Both the position numbers and the translations under genes were made by a program. 64,000 bases of DNA from Macrostomum lignano. Lineage: Eukaryota. The notes below the pieces were generated by a model. The model did not search any database. It was given only the letters and a program-made list of their open reading frames with translations, and had not been told where the DNA came from. Shown here piece after piece: positions 19,783-29,335 of this stretch. Positions within the stretch are counted from its first letter, which is position 1. Every line of letters begins with the position of its first letter. The DNA lies in assembly GCA_002269645.1 (NCBI GenBank), contig NIVC01000038.1, positions 1,178,001 to 1,242,000 of the forward strand, in the 5' to 3' direction.

Positions 19783-22700
19783 GGATTATAATGTTATTAT
19801 CGGAGCTAAAAGTCCTTCTAAAATGAAAATAGGCAGTTGCTTATGAAGTATTTGCACTTTAGTTGGTCTGGAGATGGCCTGCATGGTAGGTCTTAGAATC
19901 CTACCGCTGCCACCAATGTCGTGTCTGCTGGCTTCCTCAGGCTGTCTCGGAAGGGCTGGCAGATCTTCTAGCTCCTGGCGGAGGCGTCTAGCTGGCGGTT
20001 TCTTAGAAACTAGTTCTCGTAGCGTAGGTAGTGCTGCCACCAGCTTCGTAGAGTCGCAGCCTTTGGTGAGGTGCTGAGCTCGTAGAAGCAAATAACTAGC
20101 AATAACTAGCAGTTCTCGAGCAGAGGCGTCCACAGTCAGCAGTCCCTGCCGGGCTGGTGCGGGGTTAGAGCGATGGTGCTAGCTTCGGGCGATCTGAGCT
20201 GGCCCGCTAACAGATAGCAGGAACAATTAGAAGCAGGCACTCGCAAAGTCGGGAGTCTTGGAGTTCAAACTTAGGCTCAAACTTGGCACACGAACTTGGC
20301 TTGAAACTGAGAGACAGGTGAAACGGTGAGGCAGAAAAGGGGACGCGCTTGTCTGAGCCAAGCCATGAGAGGGACTGCATTTATAGGGAGCATCGATTGC
20401 ACTATATCACGAAATGGTGCAATCGATGCGCGTCATAGATGACACTGTTGCTATTTTTAGCAACAAGCGAGCGGGTTCCGCCTTAGAAGAGGAGACAGGG
20501 GGTCCTGGCGCACGTGATGTCCCCATAAACACGAGCCCAGTGCACAATGAGGAAATCATTGTACTTTGGACTAATAAGACAGAAGAGGCTTGTCATGTGA
20601 CTGGCTCACACGACAAGGGGAAAAGGGCCCACAAGTGAAGGCACTCGTGACCTGGGACCGGAAAACAGAACGGCACTCCAGATTTGGAGGTGCCTAACAG
20701 AGACGAAACAGAGGCAGGCCAGACCAAACTGTCTGGGCACTGCAAAACGAGAACACGAGACAAAAGGGGGCAAACGAGGACAAACAGACAGACAGGCAAA
20801 CGGGCAAGGGAGAGGCCAGAGGACAGGCGAGAAGGGACAGACAACTGCCCAGCGGCAGACAGAAGCCTGGGGCGAGGGCGAGGAAACCAGCTGACTAGTG
20901 CGGCGCCTAACTAAATAGCGACTCACTACACTTAGCATCTTATCAGTCTTACTCATTTGCCAATTGTAGCAGAAACTTTATGGAAACCTTAGAAACTTTA
21001 TACGTTAGAGTTAATAGTTGACTGCCAATTGAGAATTGCGTAATCTTCTTTATATGTATTTGTCAGGGTCAAAGACGACACTCGGAATGAGAGGCAACTC
21101 AGCGAAGAGCATTCCAAGCTCTCAGACGACTCCCAGCAAGACAGGCGCCTGAGCGAAGAGCTTCATCGACTGCTTAGCGAGGCGGGATTCACCAGGGAGA
21201 GAGCGGAGTGTCAGCAGAGACTGGCTGACTGGCTTAAAGGAGTCGCTCGAGTCCTCACACAGGATGGCAGGCAGATAACGGGCAGCTACGCAGAGGGCTG
21301 GGCCAACAGTCTGGTGCAAGTGAACGGCAGGACAGCTGCAGACTCGGACATTGACTGGACTGTGCTGGTTGCTGGGCAAGAGTTCCACCTGGAAGGTGGC
21401 TGCGAAAGATGGAAGGACTCCTGCAGATATGCCACTCGGCTGCAAGTCAAGGAGGGCCACGCACAGGTGTCTTTGGGAGCAGGTGAGTGAGGCTGGGTTT
21501 AATAAATTCCGGACAATGTTTTGGTAGTTCATTGTGATGACGAGAATGAAGAGAAATGTAAAATTTTACAGCTAATTTCATTGCAGTAGATTATCAAGTG
21601 AAGCATTTGAAACAAAAAATTCAGGAAATCAACCAACCGTGACAGCGGCTGCATGCGGTGTGAGGCCTGCTCAAGACATCTGCCAGGCGATCCAGTGCTG
21701 CAGCAGTTTCTGTCAAAGCAGAGTTGAGAGGCTTCTCAGCTATCAGGATACGAACGTTCACCTTGTCAGAGCGACCAGACCGAGCTCGACCAACGAGCTC
21801 AGAGTGAGCTTCAGCTTCCAAGAGAAAGAAATCATGAGACAGATGAGCACAGTACAGGGCCAGCTGTTCACACTCATCAAGTTCATCTTCAAGAGACACT
21901 TGCCGCTCACTCTGGACACACCTGGACTCAAAACCTATCATGCAAAGACTATGCTTTTCTTCATGCTGGAAAAGCATGGCACATATAGTTGGCGGAATGA
22001 GGCTTGGCAACCCCAATATCTGATCGCTCTGCTCAAGGAGTCTCTCGACATGATGCTGAGCTTCATCAACTCAAACACTTCGCCCGATGAGTGCATGCCG
22101 CACTTCTTCATGCCCGACGCTCCGCTCTACTTCAAGAACGCTGGAATCGGCGGCGACTTTGACAACACGAAGGCGAGGGTTCGAGACCGACTTTGTGAGC
22201 TGAGAAGCGACATCGGCGGAGTGGTCGAGCAGCTGAGGAGACTCGTGAGACCTCTGCAGTCAGAGAAGTTCTACTTTCACCCGTTCACTCTGCTGCCTCT
22301 GACAGCGCCGCCTGCTGTCACGGAGATCAGGGAAAGAAGTAACTATCTGGAAACTTGCAAGTTTGCAGACGTGTACAGTGTGGTGCACCAGTGTGTGAGC
22401 GAGCTGCAGTCGGAATCGAGCGACAGAGACACCCTGATGAGGCAGCTCAGTCTCCTGCATGAGCTGCAGTGGTGCAAGTGCGCCGCCCTGTGCATGACCG
22501 CCATGGCGCATTTGAAGTTCGAAGAATCTGAGGAGGCTGAGAGATTCGCCATGGAGCTGCAGAGACATCAAGTTGGGTCAGGGTTGAAGCCACAGGATAT
22601 TCGAGATGAGAGTATAAGCAGTGGAGAAAAAGAGATAAAACTGCCAGAAAACTCAGACTGGGCGTGGAGGTTCTGCCTCCCCTGCGACTCTCCGCCTCGC

Positions 22701-23228
22701 TTCCCATTCCTTCCCGAGTTCACGCAGACTCTGTTCACAGCCAGACTGTCGCAGCCTCTCTCCTCTCACCTGTACGTGAACTTCCGCTGCCTGAGCTGGA
22801 GTCTCCAAGCTGAGCTGCTCCGCAATCGCGCACCTGCAATCGCATTCGATCATTGGATTGAGCAGCTGCTTGGAGACCCGGACTTGGAGGAGCTGCTCAC
22901 TCTGGCTCACTACAGCGACTGCCGCGAGCACGTGGAGCTCAGCCTGCAGCAGATGGAGATGATCGAGAAAGAGAGACGCGTCGCCATGGAGACGCAGGAC
23001 GAGGAGAAGATCGGCTGGGTCAGGCAGAAGCGGTGGCGAGTTTCGAACGGCAGCGGCAGCGACAGCGGCGCTCACCGCAGCAGGAAAGATGAGGAGCGGA
23101 GGCTGTGGGCGAGGGCGAGGTTGCGGCGAGACGGGGCCGATTTGGGGGGTCTGGTTGCCATGGAAACAGCAGTAGAGCAGTTAGACAGCTGGACTCACGC
23201 CAAGCTCAATAGAATGAAACTGCAATGA
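17371..23228 (+). CDS. Ankyrin-repeat / cGAS-like (Mab-21, cGLR) nucleotidyltransferase fusion protein, ~1,475 aa (predicted exons <=17371-19778, 21067-21482, 21625-23228)
   Basis: Donor GTGAGG at 19779 (phase 2) matches acceptor TTTGTCAG|G at 21067 (phase 2). Donor GTGAGT at 21483 matches acceptor TTCAG at 21624 (phase 1). Exon 2 holds GSYAEG...DSDID. Exon 3 holds QDICQAI, RVSFSFQEK, LKTYHAKTMLFF and MPHFF (Mab-21 motifs). The 5' end is unresolved: the frame is open from 17152 and the first in-frame ATG is at 17371. Confidence 0.75.
19917..20615 (-). mobile_element. 699-bp LTR followed by a tRNA-Leu primer-binding site; internal region absent
   Basis: Termini TGTCGTGT...ACACGACA form an 8-bp inverted repeat. 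On the minus strand TGGTGGCAGCGGTAGGATTC (19896-19915) follows, complementary to the 3' end of eukaryotic tRNA-Leu (…ACCGCUGCCACCA). TATA-like CCCTATAAAT near 20380. Confidence 0.85.
21067..23228 (+). CDS. cGAS-like receptor (Mab-21 family NTase) exons
   Basis: G-S-x-x-E-G...D-x-D motif (GSYAEG, DSDID), third Asp in QDICQAI, and Mab-21 lid and helical motifs. Exon 21067-21482 has no in-frame Met, so an upstream exon is required. Confidence 0.9.
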
Positions 23229-23499
23229 CCTGATGATGAGGACTATGTTGTCTTGGTTTTTTGTCTCACGGCTTTTGGATCTAAAGTTACACACAAGTGT
23301 ACATGCAAATTTTCCTGTAATTTTTTTCAAGTACATGTATTGTTCTTTTTTCTAACGCTTTTTTGCAGTTCTTCTGTACATGTCTTTGTGTGTCTTGGAT
23401 TATTGTAGGTATATTTTCTTATAGCATTGTACATGTATGCAACTGCTCCCAGACTCAAGTCAACCAATCTGCAAATCTGCAATTTTTATCCAGAAGTGA

Positions 23500-23710
23500 C
23501 TGACAGCCTGACAGCTCCCTCATGAGCATTCAGTGACTGACAGCTCCCTCGTGAACATTCAGTGACTGACAGTTCCCTCGTGAACATTCAGTGACTGACA
23601 GCTCCCTCGTGAACATTCAGTGACTGACAGCTCCCTCGTGAACATTCAGTGACTGACAGCTCCCTCGTGAACATTCAGTGACTGACAGCTCCCTCGTGAA
23701 CATTCATTGA
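23500..23710. repeat. Tandem repeat, 29-bp unit (GTGACTGACAGCTCCCTCGTGAACATTCA)
   Basis: About 7 copies without spacers, downstream of the cGLR stop. Confidence 0.9.
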
Positions 23711-24660
23711 CTAAAGACTGAATTAACCTACAAGCTTTTCAAAATTGACGCCTAAACTCTAAAATGTAATTTTACTCTGACGTTTAATTTTTTTTTCTGT
23801 TTTAGTTCGTAAATACAGAATGATGTGTTTTATTCTCCGGGTGGCGGCCCAGGAGCTGCACAACAGCCTCACAATGTTTAAATTTTAATCGTGCCACGTC
23901 CTAAATAGCAGAGAGGTAGAAGAAAGAGAGGGACAGGGGGACGGCCAGCCAATCACGAGCCGCCGCCGGTGGGGGGGGATAGCAGAGCCTAGACCAGGTC
24001 AGGGTGAGGTGAAGCCCAAAGCCGGCCAGACCCACCTGCCCAACCAGAGAGCGGGGAGGGAAAGAGACTGCATAACTCAACCGATGAATCTTTCTGATTG
24101 GATGTTGGTGTTGTAAAGCGACCGGCAACTTCAGTTGGTTGTACGGTTGCAGTTGCGTTGCTCTGGCTTTTATGGTCGAAGGGGGGGGACAAAGACAAGA
24201 ATTCTACTTGTAAATTATTTTGCGAGTCGGTGTTGTTAGCACACTCATTTTGGCACCACAGGTACTCATTTTGGCGACTTCACCAGACCCCTAACCTTTA
24301 ACCTTAAAGCACTGGCGATCTGACCGGGATCTAGGGACCAGATTTGCTTGAAAATTATGTGCATGTATTGGCTAGAATATTACATACTCTACAGTCTATA
24401 CAGTACTGTTTTAGCTGCGCCTAAATTGCGTAGCAAAATCCATGTAAGCCAAGTAGCAAATAAGCCACCCAGTTGCGGGAATGCTTTAGTCTAGGGCACC
24501 GATAGGATGCAGCTCGCACTGCGGAACAGGACTGCCGAGCGGAAGAGTTTGGCTTGAGCGCTCGATAACCTCTGAGTACTAGCAAATAACTCCTTAGCAA
24601 CTGCCTTAAGAAATCTACAGCATTCCGTTCTGCAAGCTGCTTTAAAAACTGAAGAGGAAA

Positions 24661-26775
24661 ATGCGAGCCCGACTCCGCACGGTGACCGGTGCCGCCCAGG
24701 AGGTGGCTGGCATCACGAGAACCCACGGCTTGCTGCACATATTCCTGTCCAGAGGCACAGCTCGACGGCTCTTCTGGCTGCTTCTGTTCGTAGCTGCCCT
24801 GATCGGCTGCACCGTCCACCTGGCAAAATTGGTGCAGAAATTCACCGATCGCTCCGTTGAGTCGCGGCTGAAGCTGAGGAGCGAACGAGCCCAGTTTCCC
24901 GACGTCACAATCTGCAATTTCAAGCCCATGTCTCTTAGCTTATCCGTGAATAGTCAATATTACAACTACTTGAAAGCCTTCTGGGGCAACTTCGACAACT
25001 GGTTCCAAGAGGACACCAAGAAGCGCCCGCAGGAATCGGATGAAAGCTACCAAAACCGAATTGAGAAGGTGTGCAAGAAGGTCCTGGACGTGATGTGGGT
25101 GTCGGGCGACACCAGAGACATCTCCCACCTCGATAAGACCATGCTGCTGAGCTGCCGCTACAACAACGAGCCCTGCAGTCACAAGAACTTCTCGCTTGTC
25201 CAGACCAGCCGGTTCTGGAGCTGCTACACGTTCCACCCGGACCCGGGGCAGTCGTCCAGCGGTTCTGGGGGCAGGGGAGCCGAGCTCGACATGGTGCTCT
25301 TCACCGATGGCTACACAGACAGTTCCTACTATTCTAGGTATATTTTTCAGACCGAACAGGAAAAAAATAACCCTCCATCCTGCATGTCCCGCATATTATT
25401 CAGAAGCAGATCTGCCAATCGGCTACTGCAGAACAACCAGCCTCAGTCTACTGGATTGCGCCTTTTCATTCACGACGCGAAAAGCTACCCGATGAGTCGT
25501 ACGTAATTTTGAGGTCGCATTAAATTGTTTTCATAGCTCGTAGGTCACATAGTCTCATAGCCCACGCACAACCCATGCCAAACCAGTCTCACAGCCCATG
25601 CCAAACCCATGCCAAACCGCAGAGACCGAGTTCGTGGACGTGGCCTCAGCCACCAGCACCTCCATCAAACTCAGGCCGGTCCACAACCGACTCAAGTCGA
25701 CGCCGAGCCGCAGTTGCTCCGAGCCTCCAATCGAAACCATCAACTATGTCAGGCACTTCTCCAACGCCTCGCTGAACGTGGTCACCAAGGCCTACTCAAA
25801 GTCCGTCTCCGATTTCGTAGTCGAGGCACAGCAGAGCATCCTGCACAGCAACTGCGGCTGCTACTCGCACCTGCTCCCGTTCTCGGTGAATACGAGCGAC
25901 CTTTGCTACTTCGCTCCACCACAGGAGTGGATCACCCCATCGGATGCTGTGCTGAAGAGAATCGACTGCCATGATCACTGGTTTCAGCACGCACAGAGGA
26001 AAAGCGAGGAGCTGGCGAAGGAGTTCCAACACCGGATGTGGTGCCAATTCACTCAGCAACGGCCTTGGCAGCAGAGCCGCGGGTGGCCCCCGTTCAGCGC
26101 CATTCAAGAGATCTGGGAGAACCTGATGGTGCCACAAGTCACACATGGAGTCGAGTTCCTGCCCGAGGATGGCAAGGTGCATCATATCTACGAGTATAAG
26201 AAAAATCACAGATCCAGACAGGAAATTCTAGTTAATTTTCGTCTATCTCACGACAGAACCTGCCGTAATGTTTATTAATTAAAGAACTTACAGGCATACG
26301 AAGATTATATAAATTTCGGAACGCCTTGCGTTCGTCATAGCGAATTGGCGGATAACCTGGCAGCAGTCAGCATCAGCTTGCAGAGTCCTGCCGCGGACGT
26401 TTACGAAGAGATGTACAGATACCACTGGACTGAGGCCCTGTCGGAGGTGAGAGCTGCATTCCGGTTATTGCAATATTCCAGTGTTTAAGGCTGGTGGTTA
26501 GACCCGCCTTAGCCCCACTGTCTCACCCTCAGCCCCACTTGCATGCCCAGTTAAAATCGGCTCCAGCAAATCCCACCGCCCTGGTTCCCTTAGCAACACT
26601 GAGCTGCTGTGCCAGTTTTCAATTTTTCCTCGATATTCCGCAGGTCGGAGGAACTCTGGGACTCTGGCTTGGCATCAGCGTCGTGAGCACATTTGAGCTG
26701 CTTGAGTTCATCTATATTCTGGTGCAGAGGTGCAGGAGAAACGATGACGACTCGGACACTGAAGAAGAGTCCTGA
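24661..26775 (+). CDS. DEG/ENaC (ASIC-like, amiloride-sensitive) channel subunit, ~558 aa (exons 24661-25498, 25623-26176, 26294-26446, 26644-26775)
   Basis: Pre-TM1 HG motif (TRTHG), TM1 RRLFWLLLFVAALIG, FPDVTICNFKP, SCRYNNEPC, GLRLFIHD, and TM2 LSEVGGTLGLWLGISVV with the G-x-S filter. Splice phases 1,0,0 sum to 1,677 nt. Confidence 0.9.
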
Positions 26776-26869
26776 GTTCGAACCGGCAGCTCTCTGCATA
26801 GCGATTTGGATCGGTCACTGGCTTCAGTTTCAATGGCTGCTTCTTCATCACAGCATGATAGATACATGA

Positions 26870-27710
26870 ACGTCTCTGTAATTTACTGTCACAGCATGAA
26901 AAATCCCTGTAATTTACAGTCACAGCATGATCAATCTCTGTAATTTACTGTCACAGCATGACAAATCCCTGTAATTTACTGTCACAGCATGAAAAATCCC
27001 TGTAATTTACTGTCACAGCATGATAAATCTCTGTAATGTGCTGTCACAGCATGATCAATCTCTGTAATTTACTGTCACAGCATGATAAATCTCTGTAATT
27101 TACTGTCACAGCCTGAAAAATCCCTGTAATTTACTGTCACAGCATGATAAATCTCTGTAATTTACTGCCACAGCATGATAAATCTCTGTAATTTACTGTC
27201 ACAGCATGATCAATCTCTGTAATTTACTGTCACAGCATGACAAATCCCTGTAATTTACTGTCACAGCATGAAAAATCCCTGTAATTTACTGTCACAGCAT
27301 GACTCATCCCTGTAGTTTACGGTCACAGCATGTAAATCTCTGTAATTTACTGTCACCGCATGATAAATCTCTGTAATTTACTGTCACCGCATGATAAATC
27401 TCTGTAATTTACTGCCACAGCATGATAAATCTCTGTAATTTACTGTCACAGCATGATCAATCTCTGTAATTTACTGTCACAGCATGACAAATCCCTGTAA
27501 GTTACTGTCACAGCATGAAAAATCCCTGTAATTTACTGTCACAGCATGACTCATCCCTGTAGTTTACGGTCACAGCATGTAAATCTCTGTAATTTACTGT
27601 CACCGCATGATAAATCTCTGTAATTTACTGTCACCGCATGTTTATTTCCTGTAATCTACTGTAACAGCATGATAAGTATAATATCTCTGTAATTTTCTGT
27701 CACAGCCCGG
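26870..27710. repeat. Tandem repeat, ~31-bp unit (CTGTAATTTACTGTCACAGCATGATAAATCT)
   Basis: About 27 copies, direct reading. Confidence 0.95.
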
Positions 27711-28671
27711 GGTTGCAAAAAGTGCCACAGGTGATTGTGTGGCACGCAAAAAAGACACAGTGAGTCCTGCAGAACCTGCATGCAGCAACTGTCAAGCCAG
27801 CATTTTCGCATGGTGCCTTCAATGCATGCATGGGATAAAGTTTTTCAAATTTATAATACTGTAGGTATAAGGTTCACAATTCGTTTGCCTATTCTTTTCC
27901 ATTCAAACTTACATGTACATGTATGCACAAATTATCAGTCAGTCAACCGTCTTTCACTAAAATCCTATACTAAATCTTATATATAAACTAATACATATTT
28001 ACATACTGGTAGAATATAGATAGTTTCATAATCAAATTAGCTTGAGCTTATTTTAAAATAAATTTGTTTATTTAACTAAATAAAGCTATTTTGACCCTAT
28101 GTCAGAACATTAGTATAAGTAGTAGTATAGTGCAGTATAGTACACTTTCCACACAAAAAATGATGGAGTTTATAAAGTTAATTGGTTTTAATAGGCCGTA
28201 AACATGTAACATGTAATAAAAAGTACATTAAAATTTCATGCACACTGCGCTGCAGTATGCAATAATAAAAAATTATGTATTCAAACAAGCAAATATATTT
28301 TTGGGGCAAAATTCAGTAAGTAATCAAAGAACTTACACGTCGAATGCTCTATCTCAGTCATATATATACATGTACATACATGTACTACTGGTTACAGCAG
28401 TAAGGTACTGCTATGTGGTTCTGGTGAAAGATTAATTTTTGTACTGGTTGTTCTGTACGCATAGTTAAATATTCATATTTTAGTTGAAAAAAGACTTTGG
28501 AATTTACAGGAATTTTGGAATTTTGCATTGGTACGGAAGGATCACCCTATTACTTTTCTAAGTTTTCTCGTTAAGCTTCCCCGATGTTCTAACTATCAAC
28601 TCTTAGTTTAGGAAAAATCACTCCCCCCACTCCTGGAAACTGCCAGAGATAATTTCCAGGACTGAAGCCAA

Positions 28672-28852
28672 CAGTAGCGCAACCATGGAAATTTTCTAAG
28701 GGGGCGGTTTCTGAAGAGTAAAGACCCGGGAGGGGGGCGGAGGGGCGGCTCTGTTTTTGGCGAAAATTCGCTTGGTCCCCCTTCGAATTTTTTTCGGTCT
28801 CCGCCTGAGGGGGGCGGCGACCGCCCCCCGCCGGCCGCTGGTTGTGCCACTG
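28672..28852. mobile_element. 181-bp hAT-type MITE
   Basis: TIRs CAGTAGCGCAACCA and CAGTGGCACAACCA (reverse complement). Flanks GAAGCCAA and GAAACCAA give an 8-bp TSD with 1 mismatch. Confidence 0.75.
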
Positions 28853-29335
28853 GAAACCAAGTCAAACAAATTCTGCATGTAGGCCAGTTGTAATTGACAT
28901 TAAAAACTCGAATAGTCCAATCGTTGATCCAACCATTATGAATTTAGAACAACTCAACTACAAAAACATCAGCCCTTCACCCGTACGTTTTTGGAGAAAT
29001 TTGGAGAAATCTCAAAGTCGCCAAGTCGCCAACCAAATATAGTAGAAGTACTATAGCGTTATGGACATACAATTAGAAACAAACAAATATTAGAGATTTA
29101 GTATATTTAGATTATTGTAGAGCCGCAACGCAATCAAAGTAATTAAAGATTATATGGACCCGAATCAACAACCCATGCAGCGAATAGTTGGCGACTCCCA
29201 GTCTCCCAGGACCTCGGACCTCTTTTTTGCATTATTATATATGTTCAGATTTAGACAATTCTATATTATTACTGATAGTTCACTCGAATTATCTTATATA
29301 GAAATCATTAGAGATAGTAAACAACCAAAAATTAA

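Noticed and set aside
19786-20133. ORF read as a retroviral gag start
   Set aside because: It lies mostly inside the LTR, upstream of the PBS, so it cannot be gag; no gag motifs.
26177-26278. C-terminal part of ORF 25598..26278 as channel coding sequence, and the 26494 ORF start
   Set aside because: A phase-0 donor at 26177 and acceptors at 26293 and 26643 place these stretches in introns.
21067-26775. Bacterial CBASS operon or horizontal transfer from bacteria
   Set aside because: Both genes have spliceosomal introns, the NTase has metazoan Mab-21-type motifs, and DEG/ENaC is an animal-type family.
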